A stretch of 64,000 nt of DNA from Pavona decussata (GCA_977016875.1 CDRNST010000038.1:2108001-2172000), one strand, 5' to 3'. Counted from the first letter of the stretch, positions 1 to 13,598 are shown. Notes: generated from the sequence alone by a model not told the origin. A program made the numbers and translations.

Positions 1-1922
1 TGAGGATGGTATTTAATTGCGGTGTTTTTAAAACTAAAACTGGGGGAGAAGAGTACTAAAGAAAGCTACTTAAATATATTTTATCGATTTTTCACCGTAA
101 TTCCGGATATCGCTTCTAAGTTAACTAGAGCTAATTTCCATAATAACACTCAACGGTTTGCTTTGCCCCAGAAATTCGGATATATAGTCTTCGGAAAATC
201 TAAAGTTTCCCTTGGCAAAATGTGAGTCCAAAATTTCGTAAAATTTGAAAACTTATTCCTTTTCAGTTTTCAGAGAGACAAATATGTGGTTAAAAATAGA
301 AATTAGGTCAGCTAGCAGTTTCATAAAGCCAACAACAGCTCGTCAATTCGGAGAAGAAGATTCTGTTTCCTAAATGTTTTAAATTTTAGCTAAGGAAACC
401 AAACAGATCAAATTGCATAAGCTTACAGAGATGTGCCATAAAACGATCCGGGAATAGGGTACAGGTGACAACATTTTAGTACTTTTATTATGTGTTCTCG
501 TTACAATAGCCCATGACTATTACACAGGAAATGTTGAGAATTTAGTTTAACTTGTACAGCTGCCTGTAAGCCGTGGTTCGAAGCAATAACTATCAAATCT
601 ATCGATGAAAGGCACGTTGTCACAAGTTTAAAATATTTAGTGAGATCAAATATCGAAACGCCTTATTGCGGACAACTAGAGCAGATTTAGAGCAGGTTCA
701 TTTTCAGTGAGAGCCAACGAGAGTCAGTGAAAGGTCGAGAGCGTCTAAGAGTTTGAGAATCAGATCAGCGAGACGGGTACTGAGCTTAAAGTGCATCGAA
801 GGCAAGCTGACACCAGCGTGCAACGCACGAGTAAAAATGATGACTCGTTTCACCCAATAGGAAAAAAAAGTTGTATTCTGTTGGAGTTTTAATAAGAAAT
901 AACAGGTGTAAATATTATTTCAGAGCGAACCGAACTGTTCTTCCACCCAAGTTAGAAGCGTATATGACTGTTATACTCATCAAATCCGGCCTGGAACGTT
1001 TGGTTTTTTACTTCTATTTATTTTTCTTGAAAACCTGATTTGAATTTTAACAAGTTTTTATTGCACCTTTTTACCATTCATCGTGTCTAGGCCGTCCGTT
1101 CGTTACCCTCCGTGCGAGCTTCCTGTCCACTTTTGCTGTTTTGCTATCCATGGACAAAACGGAATTCACTTCCTGATATAAATTATATTTCTCCTTCCTT
1201 TTCTCACGAAAATAACTTTTCTTCACACGTGCTTAACCGATCAGCTTTTAATCAATGTGAACGGAAAAAAGACTAAAAGCAAATAAAACGCATCCAGGTA
1301 TGAAAGCACAACAGGTAAAAACAGCTAAGCAGAGCCCCAGGCAATACTTTCTCCAGACACTTTTTTTTCTGCTCTCCGCCTCGCTTCCTTTCGTGCTTTT
1401 TCCCTTAACGCAAAGAAGAACAGCTTTTGATATGAAGCATTCGTAAAAAACGGTAATGAGTTAACCAATTTGAAAAGTGAGGGGTGTTTTTCCTTGCTGT
1501 CTGTTTTAGCTGAGCTATTGAAGGCACATCTCACGAATCAATAGTCAGAATGATATTTTTTTTTCTTTGATGGCTTTATCTTCAAAACTGACTTTTTTAC
1601 GAGCAAAATAGAAACTGACCAAATTAAACAACCTCTGCAACATGCCAGGGAAGGTAATGATTATTGTGTTTTAATTAGACTGTTCTAGCCCAGCGTGAAG
1701 TAAGAGTAGCATCACTTGTGTTCCAAAATTGGTTTTAGATACGGTAGTAAATGAACTTTTATATCGTTTACGGATTGTTCATGTTAGCTTTTGCACTTTG
1801 TTTTGTCTTGTTGAAGCGAAATAAAACTTGTTAACCCTTGTTTTCTTATTCTGTAAAATGTTCTCGCTTCCTGAAAATGTTTGGAAAATAATAAGCCCCC
1901 CCCCCCCCCCCCGAGCGCCCAG

Positions 1923-2161
1923 GAGCCCGTTTCTCGAAAGTCCCGGTAACTTACCGGGTCCGATAAGTATATTTTTTAAAGGTTTTTCACCGATTACACA
2001 GTGATTACAGACATGGTACTTGGCTAATGTTTCCAAAGAATTATAAGATTTCAAAATTAAGTTTACAAAGCTAACAAAAATTGACTTCTGTTAAGAAACA
2101 TTTATCATCAAAGACACTTATCAGGCCCGGTAAGTTACCGGAACTTTTATGAAACGGGCCC
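1923..2161. mobile_element. MITE with ~47-bp TIRs and CAG target duplication (PIF/Harbinger-like)
   Basis: gagcccgtttctcgaaagtcccggtaacttaccgg at the left end, reverse complement at the right end; flanked by CAG; absent at the paralogous site ~9960. Confidence 0.8.
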
Positions 2162-2189
2162 CAGGGCAGTTAATCGAACAAATACGATA

Positions 2190-2411
2190 ATTAGAGACTG
2201 ACAAACCGTTTGACGCAAACCGAGGAGGCATATTGGCTGATCGGTGTTTTATGTTAATTAAAATTACCCGTATTAAAATCTTTTAATCCTTGCGTGTGAG
2301 GAATCGTAAACAGAAAGCTATTTGTCATTAAGCATAAATACTGCAACACTTGATCCTGAGAAACCAGATGAGTTTGAAAGAAGCAACAGCAACATCAGAA
2401 AGTCATTAGAC
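2190..2411 (+). promoter_or_regulatory. Conserved ~220-bp upstream module of GPCR copies 1, 3, 4, 5, 6, 7 (putative proximal promoter/5' UTR)
   Basis: Starts at attagagactgac in all six copies; contains tgacgcaa, ATTGG (reverse CCAAT) and cataaata. Function inferred only. Confidence 0.4.
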
Positions 2412-3389
2412 ATGAACACAACGGAGAATGGATCGAGCTGTTCCCATCCGGTCAATCCTACAGCAGCTAAGATTGGACGAACCTTTGTTTGCTGCCTAAT
2501 ACTCGTCGTTTCGCTGCTTGGGAATTCCTTTATAGCAATAATTGTTTACAAAACGCAAAGTTTGAGAAAACCAATCAACTTCTTTATCGTCAACATGGTC
2601 ATGTCTGACCTGCTGTCGCCAATATTCCTGTTCGCTAGGGAGATTACCTATCTGTACTCAGACGCCTCGCTTAATGTAAGTGGTCTCCTTGGCCAGGCCT
2701 TTTGTAAACTGGTTGCCGTGTCAATCTCTGTCTCCTCTGTTGTGTCTATTCAAAGCCTGCTTCTGATAGCAATGGATCGATTTGGAGCTGTGGTATTTCC
2801 CCTCCGTTCCCCAGTTATCAGTTCAAAGCTGTGCTCCTTCTTCATTCTCGGCACCTGGATCGTTGGGATATCAGTAGCCTCGCCAAGTTTCTCCGCCTGG
2901 AAACCTACTGAATATCAAGAACAACTGTTTTGTAGCAGGCGATGGAATGAAGCCTTTGGAGAGTCCTCATCCTCTGGAAATTTTCTTCTTACACTATGCG
3001 TTGTATTTTTTTATATTCCTATCGCCATGTTGGCCATACTTTACTCTGTCATCGTTATCAAGCTCAAGTCACAGAAGAGGCCAGGCGAGCAATCAACCAA
3101 CGCTGAGCAACAACGAGCGAAAAGAAACAGAAACGTGTTAAAGATGGCCATTGCTATCGTGTTAGGGTTTGTACTGTGCTGGATACCATTCAGTATTGGC
3201 ATCTTACTATCGTACTTTGCACGAGACGCTTTGCCTTGTGGCTTCTCTATCTTTCGGAATATTACCCGGTTTATGCCTATCTCAAATGATGCCATCAACC
3301 CTTGCATCTGTTTCATTTTCAGTTCAAACTATCGCGGAGCTCTAAAGAAACTCTTCAACAGTTTCCGCGGTGCAGCGCAAAGAGAGTAA
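2412..3389 (+). CDS. Intronless class A (rhodopsin-like) GPCR, peptide-receptor-like, copy 1
   Basis: Seven hydrophobic segments with GN (TM1), NMxMSDL (TM2), DRF (TM3), FxxP (TM5), CWIP (TM6), NPCIC (TM7). ATG at 2412 matches the MNTT start of the paralogs; the ORF track extends it to a TTG at 2322. Confidence 0.93.
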   Translation: MNTTENGSSCSHPVNPTAAKIGRTFVCCLILVVSLLGNSFIAIIVYKTQSLRKPINFFIVNMVMSDLLSPIFLFAREITYLYSDASLNVSGLLGQAFCKLVAVSISVSSVVSIQSLLLIAMDRFGAVVFPLRSPVISSKLCSFFILGTWIVGISVASPSFSAWKPTEYQEQLFCSRRWNEAFGESSSSGNFLLTLCVVFFYIPIAMLAILYSVIVIKLKSQKRPGEQSTNAEQQRAKRNRNVLKMAIAIVLGFVLCWIPFSIGILLSYFARDALPCGFSIFRNITRFMPISNDAINPCICFIFSSNYRGALKKLFNSFRGAAQRE

Positions 3390-5364
3390 TTTTCCAAAGC
3401 TCCCATCGTAACCCAGTAGACAACAGTTTGCAGAACGCTTTCTCGTAGAAATCATCAACGCGATTCGTTCGTTTCTTTAAATTCGCGTACTCTGTATGTC
3501 ACATGAATTAAGCAACATTTAGGGAAAACTGCTAACTAATTCATGCAAAGGGAAGGAACATTTAAAGTGAATTCTGGCTTTTTAGAGGTATAACTGCTTT
3601 TGTTGACACTCCTAAGTTGTAGAGAACTGAAAAGATGCTGACTAATCGAAAAGAATCTTAAATTTGCCAGCTATATGCTGTATATTCATGTGTTTTAAAT
3701 TTTGTACATTTAGGAAACTTTGCTGAACAGCTAGCAGTCGTTCTTTGAAACTCTGCTTGTAAATAAACATACAAGAAAAATGCCGAAAGGATTCTAAACC
3801 TTTCTTTTCTGGGATACCCCTGTTTAATCGTTTTATCATTAAGAAAACGCTACTTAGCTTACAAGATATGTTCTGATCTCTGTCAAAAAAGGTCAATAAA
3901 ATATTGTAACGCATCGGTGTATTTAGCTGCACTCTTGTGTCTCGCCTCCAACTTTCAGCCCCACAAAAAGTTAAATTTATTAAATACCACCTTAAATTCT
4001 TGTTTAATCCCAGTTTCCTCTTTTCTGTTTATCAATACTACTTTCTCCTTGTTTTTAACATCGTTTGTTATGAGAAAAAAAATAGGTGCAAACATCATTT
4101 CAAAGGAAACAGTCGACTAAAACTGTCCCTCAATTTCAGCTGCCTTCCTGTGAATAAACACATATGAAAATGTGTGAAGCAATTTTAAACCAAGGCAAAT
4201 TTGCCTCAATAATGGCTTTGTTGTTCGAAATTAGCTCAAGTTACTTTAAAAGCGATATTCGGATTAGAGTAGATCTCTCCAGTACTCTTCTCTCTTGCCT
4301 CCGAATTTCGGAGAAAAATAAATAATTAAATACCATCCTCATCTTCTAATTCACCCACGCTCTTTCCCTCCTTATATAATTACGTACCAGTGCTAATTTC
4401 CTCTCTGTTTTGTGTTCGCCTTTAATAAGAAGTAAGAGCATGAGGTTCTTCCACCCAAGTCAGAAGTTTATATCTGTTATACTCATCCAGTCAGGCTTAC
4501 AACTCGTGAGCTTTGGTTTGGTTTTTTACTTCTAGTTTAATATTTTCTTGGAAAACCTGACTTGAATTGTCAAAAAGCTTTCATTTGTGCTTTTGAGTTG
4601 CCGCTTTTAAGCGGGAAGTGGGTTAAAAGCTAAGTTATGTGCATTTTCATTTTTAATAATGGTGCCTGCCATCATGAAATATTTTCAAATCTGTCATTAA
4701 TTATTTTATTATTCAATCAGACTAGGAGTTAATGGCGACTTTGAGCTTAGGCCAAAAGCCTATCTCACTGCTTGTTCCTGTTAATTAAACAAAAAGGTTT
4801 CTTGTTCATTTCCATACAAAAAATAATCACTCACTTTCGATAACAGCAACTATCTTTAGTTAAAAATTGCTTATTTGCAGGGTGATTGTCATTTTGTTTT
4901 TGTCGGATACTGATGTATGAGAATAAACCAAGTTTTGCATGCTGGCGTTTGTACCGGATAAGACAACTCTTTTAAGGTTAATTGTCATCAACGCCCGTTC
5001 TCATCTCCTACGTACGAACTTAACTACATTTACGTATAAAGTAAACTGAGTAAAGGCTTTTCAGCTTGCTTTCTTACGTTGCAAAGCCGGATATATTTGT
5101 GGTCGCATTGAGACTGACTGTGAGGTCTGTAAAAGCTGTCGACTTAACGTAAATGGCTTTTTCTGTTTACTTCCTCATAAGCAAATCAAAATGAATTCAC
5201 ATCTGTAGTGGAATCCTCCAACTCCGGAGGCCAAAACAGATTTGAACCTTTCAAACGTTTATATCTTAACAGTTCTCGAGGCTTTTTTAATTCTCGAGGG
5301 AAGAAAACATTTTGTGGGTAGTGCACTGTATAGTGCTCTACCTACTATGTCGTCAGGCCTGTAA

Positions 5365-5400
5365 GAGTCAGTCAGTGAGTGAGTGAGTGAGTGAGTGAGT
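5365..5400. repeat. (GAGT/CAGT)n microsatellite
   Basis: Direct reading. Confidence 0.9.
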
Positions 5401-7758
5401 GTCCGTACAGCAATATCACATGTACGAAATGCGTACCTATTTTAATAGGTTTGTTTTCCTGCGGGGTTTCTAAGAATTTAATCCTTTTAATTGGTGATAC
5501 ACCAGATACCTGTCAACTTTAATGTATTACATCAGTTCTTAAAATATATTTTGATATTGGACAATCCGAGAAATTATAGAAAAGCTTCATGTGCGTATAA
5601 CACAATAAATTTCTCTGTGCTTGCTCACAAATTTTGCATATTCCAGCTTCTCAAACCATTAATTTTTTTTGTGGAGAAATTCAAAGCAAACGTTTTTGAA
5701 ATTTTACAATAGTCAAGATCCCATTTTAAAATCTCCTTCGCGGTGGTGACTTTCTTTATTTCATCTTCATGAATTATTGATGACTTTGAGAGTGAGTTTT
5801 ATGGACCCAAGAGAAGGGAAATTATGTCGGATTCAGCTATTTATCATTGTCACCTAATTACTATTTATATTGGCTAAAGGATTTTCCAACACAATAACCA
5901 CCTGCTTTGCAGGAAATTCATTTGATACTGCGAAAGGAAGCGTCTTGCTGTTTATCATATTCGACTGTGCCATTACCCAAGAGCATTTGCCTTTGATTGA
6001 ACTTTTTAACCCCTTCTTTGTTAAGTTTAGCTTTTCTCGAAGTTTCACGTACTTTGCTCACATCAATAATAAATAGATAATTCAGTTGATGGTATTTATT
6101 TATCAGATTTATACTCGATAATAAGAACAACAAAGCTTTTGTGGTCATGTGTCCACCACACAAGAAAGTATAAAAATAACATAAAAACCTGCCTTTTTCA
6201 AAGTGAATCTCTTCCAGAATATCTACTAAGAACTGATCTATACTGTATGTGTCTACTTCCGTTAGCCAGTTGTCTATGCTAATTCACAATCTCTCAGCTC
6301 AGGTTAATTAATGTCGGCGATAACTGCTTATTACAGAAACTCAGGCTGACGATTGCATGATTGTACTGAAAATTACTAATTAAACTGAATACTAATTAAA
6401 ATTGAAATGACTGGCTTTCAAGGTACTAAAACATTCAAGTCATTCTTGTTGATTGTTAACGGCAGGTTGCACAGGTGTATCCGAGCAAAAGAGAATGTTT
6501 TCTTCTTCAGAACGCTGAAAGAAAGAGAATTCTTCATTGTGTCGTGTGTTTTCTCGCCCCATTAAAATGAAGCGTGCCTCGTGAAAGTATAAATCACGCA
6601 AGTAACGGGCTACGATTTCTAGACCGCTGCAGATCTCGCTTTATGCATACGCCCGCTAAATTATAGTTTGCAAAAGTCTAAAAGATGTCTTTTGTTTTGT
6701 TCTGTTATACACTCTTTTTATAAGAACCTTTTTTGCGAGAACGTTGAAGCACTTCACATGAACAGACAATCCTTGTTGGTTAATAAAAACTTTGATGTAC
6801 TCACTACAGATAATCGCTTTCTGTAATTTTTGCTGGAAAATCTGGTAACTTAATGTCACGTTGGAAATCTCTGCGGTCGATACTTTTCGTGAAGCCAAAT
6901 TTAGCGAGAGCTGGCTGCTGCGACATCTTGTACCCAGCACTAGAGTACATGTAAGCCGCTCAACAGAGCATGTCACAAGCAACTTGGCTCCATATTAGAG
7001 TAAATATTGCTCTTTGATAGGTGTCTTGATCACGTCCGCATAGCTTTATTAAAAAATACTAACTGACTTAATAGCTGACTTAAAGTCATCTTAAGAACTT
7101 TTTCAGACTGACATTGCCAAAGAAAAAATAATAATAATAAAAAGAACGTTCGGCCTCGGCTCCAAAATTAGAGGTTCTTACAGAAAAAAGAGTGTCAAGC
7201 ACAACAATTAGAAACAGTAATCAGAGCCTCAGAGAACTTTTTCTCCAGACCCTTTTTTCGTGCTCTCCGCCTCGTTTCCTTTCGTGCTTTTTCCCTTCAC
7301 GCCATTGTTTTATTTGTTATATAACGCTAACTAGAACAGCATTTGATATTAAGCATTCATGAAAAACGGTAACGAGTAAACAAATTTGAAAAGTGAGGGG
7401 TGTTTTGTCTTGTTGTCTGTGTTAGTTGAGCAATTGTAGGCACAATTGCGCATGTCGTCTCACGAATCAATAGCCAGAATGATATATATTTTTTCCTTTG
7501 ATGGCTTTTTTTTAAAACTGACTTTTAGGAGCAAAATAGAACCTGACAAAATTAAACAATCTCTGATGCAACATGCCAGAGAAGGTAATAATTATCGTGT
7601 TTTAATTAGTTATGACTTGTCGTACATTTTTTTTTTTGGTACGGTCAGAATGATATTGCAACTTACAAAAAGATAAAAGGAACGACGCTTTCGAATTTTC
7701 TTAAGTAGGCAGAGGAATTACTGAGAGAAACAACAGAACCATTAGAAAGTCAGCAAAC

Positions 7759-8736
7759 ATGAACACAACGCATAATGGTTCGACCTGCTTTACTTCAATG
7801 AATCCTTCAGCGGTAAAGATTGGAGAAACCGTTGCTTACTGCCTTATCCTAGTAGTATCACTGGTGGGGAATTCCTCCATAGCGATCATTATTTACAAAA
7901 CGCAAATGTTGAGGAAACCTATCAACTTTTTCATCGCGAACATGGCCATGTCCGACCTTCTTTATCCGATAGTCCTATTTCCGTGGAACCTGACTAAGTT
8001 GCACGCGAACTCCTTCCTTGTCAGTGGTCCTCTTGGCGAAGCCTTGTGTAAGCTAGTGCCCTTCTTAGCGCATGTTTCCTCGCGTGTGTCTATCCTAAGT
8101 CTGGTTCTGATAGCGGTGGATCGACTTGGAGCTGTCGTATTTCCCCTCCGTTGCCCATTCATCAGTTCCAAGCTGTGCCAGTTCTTTCTTGTTTCCACGT
8201 GGATCGTCGCTATGGCAATCTGCACACCCTTTTTAGTCGCCAATAGGCTTGTTCAACAGCCAGGACAACTTGCCTGTCGCACGATGTGGAATGAAGCCTT
8301 TGAAGATCCCGCTTCCCTTAGAAAATACCTCCTTGCTGTTTTTGTGGTATTTTTTTACATCCCCATAGCCTTCCTTGCAGTAGTTTACTCCATCATCCTC
8401 ATCACGCTCAAGTTAAAGAAGACCTCAAGCGAACAATCTACCCGCAATGCTGAACAACGGCGCGCAAGAAGAAACAGAAACGTGTTAAAGATGGCCATTG
8501 CAATCGTGTTAGCGTTTGTACTGTGCTGGGTACCCCTCAGTATTGTAAAATTCTTTACAGGAGACGGTAAATTTTCCTGTCTCATCTCAGTTTACTGGTC
8601 TATCGCCTTGTTCACGGCTCGTGCCAATAGCGCTATCAACCCTTGTATCTGTTTCATTTTCAGTGAAAATTATCGAAGAGGTCTCAAGAGACTCCTACAA
8701 CGTACTACAACAGTCCAGCCAGTGATTCCACAATGA
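7759..8736 (+). CDS. Intronless class A GPCR, copy 2 (most divergent paralog)
   Basis: 325-aa ORF with 7TM motifs GN, NMAMSDL, DRL, CWVP, NPCIC. Confidence 0.93.
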   Translation: MNTTHNGSTCFTSMNPSAVKIGETVAYCLILVVSLVGNSSIAIIIYKTQMLRKPINFFIANMAMSDLLYPIVLFPWNLTKLHANSFLVSGPLGEALCKLVPFLAHVSSRVSILSLVLIAVDRLGAVVFPLRCPFISSKLCQFFLVSTWIVAMAICTPFLVANRLVQQPGQLACRTMWNEAFEDPASLRKYLLAVFVVFFYIPIAFLAVVYSIILITLKLKKTSSEQSTRNAEQRRARRNRNVLKMAIAIVLAFVLCWVPLSIVKFFTGDGKFSCLISVYWSIALFTARANSAINPCICFIFSENYRRGLKRLLQRTTTVQPVIPQ

Positions 8737-10212
8737 GATAACACAGCGAGCGAGCGGTTTATAGAACTCGATCCATCCGTGAAAATCACCACCACCGAAA
8801 ATAATTCTTTTTGCTTTTATGGTATTTTTTTCTGTACTCTCACATAAAATTGACAACAAAAAAAACCACACACATCAGTTTAGGGCAAGAATTTCTTAGG
8901 AAGCTCCCAACTGTACAAGATTAAAAACTATGTTCTTAATCCGATTTGAAAAGAATAGTAAGCGAACAAGATCACTGACATGCCATTAATTATAAATTAC
9001 TCTCTTGAAGTGTCTGGAAATAAACATGTGATAAATGTGCTGAACAAGCTTTCAACCACGTTATTTGGCCGAATTTTCTTGTACATTCTCTCCCAGGTGG
9101 TAACTCGATTCTTGTTATTGTCTTGTTATTAGACTTTATGTTCAGATTTGCAATAAACGAAAACCAGCATTGTATTTAGTCACAACTTTCTGTTTTGCTC
9201 TTTAGCATCAGCAGGGGAAGCTGAAAAAATACTCCCTAATTTATTTTTTGAACCCAGACTTTTAGTCTTGATCGGTGCATCTTTATTTCCTGTTGTCTTG
9301 TCTGGCCTGGTTTGTTCTTTATTCTAGTCGGTGCTAGTTGCTTCAATGGAAAGCTGACTTGGGTTTTCAACCAATCGATCAATAGTTCTGCCGAAAATAT
9401 ATCAATATACCCTTAATGATTTCCGTCCTGTGCGGGCTATTAGGCTTTTCCTATTAACTAGGTTTTCAGCCTTTGTTTTCGTCCTTGACCGGGCAAATCT
9501 CGCTACAAACAAAGTGTCAGTTTTAACAAATTCAGCTGTGTTTTTAACTAAGCGTTTGTCACGTAATGGTATAAATATTACCGGATATCAATTAACTAGG
9601 CTTTCAGTCCATGTTTTCGGTTTATCTTCCTAGATATTGACCGGGCAAATCTCACTGCAAACAAAGTGTCGGTTTTCACAATTTCAGCTGTGTTTTTACC
9701 TAAGCATTGGTCACGTAATGCTATAAATGTGGTCTTTTGTCTTTTAGCTCCAGCCAAACAAGTTGATGAGCTAAACAGTGTTCCTTGCGGAGCAGTACGC
9801 GCGTAATTTTGGACCAATGAGAGTCATTCAATTTACGCTTCACCGCTAATATTACAGATCTATAACTTTTGCCGCGCGGTAAGTAAATGTCCCAAGAACA
9901 ATAGGCATTCTGCGCGATGACAAGCTCTCACCCTCATAGGCCCAAAATAAAATAAGCGCCCAAGGGCGGTTAATCGAATAAATACGGTAATTAGAGACTG
10001 ACAAACAGTTTGACGCAAACCGAGGAGGCGTATTGGCTGATCAGTGTTTTATGTTAATTAAAATTAGCTTACTTAAAATCTTTTAATCCTTGCGTGTGAG
10101 GAATCGTAAACCAGAAGGCTTTTTTCCATGAAGCATAAATACTGCACCACTTGATCCTGAAAAACGAGACGAGTTTGAAAGAAGCAACAACAACATCAGA
10201 AAGTCATCAAAT

Positions 10213-11187
10213 ATGAACACAACGGTGAATGGATCGAGCTGTTTGAGTCCGTTCAATTCTAGAGCAGCTAAGATTGGACAAACCTTTGCTTTCTGCCTGA
10301 TATTTGTTGTTTCGCTGCTTGGGAATTCCTTTATAGCAATAATTGTTTACGAAACGCAAAGTTTGAGAAAACCAATCAACTTCTTTTTCGTCAACATGGC
10401 CATGTCCGACATGCTGTCTTCAATATTCCTGTTCCCTGGGGAGATTACCTATCTGTACTCAGACGCCTGGCTTAATATCAGTGGTCCTCTTGGCCAGGCC
10501 TTGTGTAAAATGGTTGCCGTCTCAATCTTTGTCTCCTCTACTGTGTCTATTCAAAGCCTGATTCTGATAGCTGTGGATCGATTTGGAGCCGTGGTATTTC
10601 CCCTCCGTTCTCCACTCATCAGTTCAAAGCTGTGCCCCTTCTTCATTCTCGGCAACTGGATCGTTGCGATATCAGTAGCCTCGCCATATTTCTCCGCCTG
10701 GAAATCTACTGAGTACCAAGGACAACTGGTTTGTAGCTTACGGAGCAATGAAATATATTTTATTCTTGCAGCATTTGTTGTACTTTTTTATATCCCAATC
10801 GCCTTGTTGACCACACTTTACTCTATCATCGTTATCAAGCTCAAGTCACAGAAAAAACCAGGCGAGCAATCAACCAACGCTGAGCAACAACGAGCGAAAA
10901 GGAACAGGAACGTGTTAAAGATGGCCATTGCTATCGTGTTAGGGTTGGCACTGTGCTGGATACCCTGGAGTATTGGCGTCTTACTATTGTACTTTGCACG
11001 AGACGCTTTGCCTTGTGGCTTCTATTTCTTTCTTAATATTACCCAGGTTATGGCTGTCTCAAATTGTGCCATCAACCCTTGCATCTGTTTCATTTTCAGT
11101 ACAAACTATCGTTCTGCTCTAAAGAGGCTCTTCAATTGTTTGCGCGGCGCAACTGTTTCAGTTAAGGGTGCAGCGCAGAGAGAGTAA
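10213..11187 (+). CDS. Intronless class A GPCR, copy 3
   Basis: 324-aa ORF with the same 7TM motifs; short ECL2 variant. Confidence 0.93.
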   Translation: MNTTVNGSSCLSPFNSRAAKIGQTFAFCLIFVVSLLGNSFIAIIVYETQSLRKPINFFFVNMAMSDMLSSIFLFPGEITYLYSDAWLNISGPLGQALCKMVAVSIFVSSTVSIQSLILIAVDRFGAVVFPLRSPLISSKLCPFFILGNWIVAISVASPYFSAWKSTEYQGQLVCSLRSNEIYFILAAFVVLFYIPIALLTTLYSIIVIKLKSQKKPGEQSTNAEQQRAKRNRNVLKMAIAIVLGLALCWIPWSIGVLLLYFARDALPCGFYFFLNITQVMAVSNCAINPCICFIFSTNYRSALKRLFNCLRGATVSVKGAAQRE

Positions 11188-11519
11188 AGTTCCAAAACTC
11201 CCATTGTAACCCAGCCAGCGGTTCGCAGAACGTACACCCGTTAGAATCATCGACTTTCATTTCATTAATTTTTTTCATTCTGTATTTCGCATGAACTAAA
11301 TGGAATTGAAGGGAAAACTGCCGACTGGTCTTGACTTTCTCGCAAAGAAAAGATAGATTTGAATTTAATTCTGGTTTTTCAAAGCTCCCATCGTAACCTA
11401 GAAAACAGTTTGTAAACCGTCCACCCTTAAAAATCCATCAACGAAAATGTAGATACGTCCGATTCTTTAATTTTTTTCTCTTGTATTTGACATAAATTTA
11501 ACAAAATTGAGGGGAAATT

Positions 11520-12017
11520 NNNNNNNNNNNNNNNNNNNNNNNNNNNNNNNNNNNNNNNNNNNNNNNNNNNNNNNNNNNNNNNNNNNNNNNNNNNNNNNNN
11601 NNNNNNNNNNNNNNNNNNNNNNNNNNNNNNNNNNNNNNNNNNNNNNNNNNNNNNNNNNNNNNNNNNNNNNNNNNNNNNNNNNNNNNNNNNNNNNNNNNNN
11701 NNNNNNNNNNNNNNNNNNNNNNNNNNNNNNNNNNNNNNNNNNNNNNNNNNNNNNNNNNNNNNNNNNNNNNNNNNNNNNNNNNNNNNNNNNNNNNNNNNNN
11801 NNNNNNNNNNNNNNNNNNNNNNNNNNNNNNNNNNNNNNNNNNNNNNNNNNNNNNNNNNNNNNNNNNNNNNNNNNNNNNNNNNNNNNNNNNNNNNNNNNNN
11901 NNNNNNNNNNNNNNNNNNNNNNNNNNNNNNNNNNNNNNNNNNNNNNNNNNNNNNNNNNNNNNNNNNNNNNNNNNNNNNNNNNNNNNNNNNNNNNNNNNNN
12001 NNNNNNNNNNNNNNNNN
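11520..12017. other. Assembly gap
   Basis: N run. Confidence 0.99.
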
Positions 12018-12477
12018 CTACATGTACGCAATGCGTACCGATTTTTATATGTTTGTTTTCCTGCAGGGTTTTTAAGAATTTAATCCTTTTAATTTGTGAT
12101 GTATCAGATACCTGTCAACTGTAATGTATTACATCAGTTCTTAATAATATAATTTGATATTGGATAATGCGAGAAATTATAGGAAAGCTTCATGTGCGTA
12201 TAATACAATAAATTCTACCTGCTTGCTCACAGATATTGCATGATCCAACTGCTCTTTCGAGTGTTTGATATAAGTTCTCAAACCATTAAATTTTTTTTTG
12301 GAGAAATTCAACGCAAACTTTCTTGAAATTTGATGATAATCAAGATCCCTTTTATAATTCTCCTTCACAGTAGTGACTTTCTTTGTTTCATCTTCATGAA
12401 TTATTGATGACTTTGAGTGTGAATTTTATGGACCCAAAATACTATAACAGATAACTTAGGAACACCTTAAGAAATTT

Positions 12478-12668
12478 NNNNNNNNNNNNNNNNNNNNNNN
12501 NNNNNNNNNNNNNNNNNNNNNNNNNNNNNNNNNNNNNNNNNNNNNNNNNNNNNNNNNNNNNNNNNNNNNNNNNNNNNNNNNNNNNNNNNNNNNNNNNNNN
12601 NNNNNNNNNNNNNNNNNNNNNNNNNNNNNNNNNNNNNNNNNNNNNNNNNNNNNNNNNNNNNNNNNNNN
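12478..12668. other. Assembly gap
   Basis: N run. Confidence 0.99.
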
Positions 12669-13174
12669 CCAAATTAGAGGCACTTACAGAAAAAATAGTG
12701 TTAAGCACAGCAGGTAAAAACAGCTAAGCAGAGCCCCAGGCAATACTTTCTCCAGAAAATTATTCCGTGCTCTCCGCCTCGCTTCCTTGCGTGCTTTTCC
12801 CCATCACGCTTTTGTTTTATTTATTATATAACGCCTAGTAGAACAGCATTTGATATTAAGCATTCATGAAAAACGGTAACGAGTAACCAAATTTGAAAAG
12901 TGAGGGGTGTTTTGCCTTGCTGTCTGTTTAAGTTGAGTAATTGTAGGCACAATTGCGCATGCGGTCTCACGAATCATAGTCAGAGTTATATATTTTTTTC
13001 TTTGATGGCTTTATTTTCAAAACTTACTTTTACGAGCAAAACAGAACCTGACAAAATTAAACAATTTCTGATGCAACATGCCTTCTCGTGACCTTAATGT
13101 TTCGTTGTGTGATCCTGTAAAAACTTGAATTGAATCCCTCAACTGGCTTATTTGCAGCGCATGTCGCAAAATTA

Positions 13175-13549
13175 AGGGGCAGTGTAACCATTTTTAGCGT
13201 GCCTTTGAGTAACGTGGACATGGCAAATTTGTATCGATGGAAATATTAAAATAATGATTCAGTCTTGTTACCAATTACCCTACGAGTATACATTAATTAG
13301 TTCATGTTATATTTTACTGCGGATGGCTTGGATTGAAATGGATTACAACTTAAAAAAATTGGCCAGGTTTTTCAAGTTGTTTTTTGTAAGGCTTGGATAA
13401 ATTTGTTGTTGGTTCTTCATTGGAGAAACAAGTTAATATTTCTTCCCAGCACTCTACGAACCATTTCATGTTAGAGAAAAGGCTCTGTGATAAATATTTG
13501 TGTAGCTTTGATCAAAACTGTACAGCAAAATCTCCGTGACAGTGCCCCT
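13175..13549. mobile_element. MITE flanked by TTAA (Kolobok-like); duplicate at ~56085-56452
   Basis: aggggcagtgtaac ... gtgacagtgcccct termini with TTAA flanks. Confidence 0.6.
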
Positions 13550-13598
13550 TTAAAAACTCTGCCGATGAAAATTGGTTGCTACTGATGATGTCATGTCA

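Noticed and set aside
2322-2411. N-terminal extensions of GPCR1, 4 and 6 from TTG starts
   Set aside because: Non-ATG starts in a eukaryote; the frame is not kept open in copies 3, 5 and 7, and all paralogs align from MNTT.
2947-3316. Short alternate-frame and antisense ORFs overlapping the GPCRs
   Set aside because: Shadows of the real CDS; they recur only because the DNA is duplicated.
11498-12708. Long ORFs containing X runs (also 49458-49912 and 54589-55151)
   Set aside because: Artefacts of translating through N gaps.
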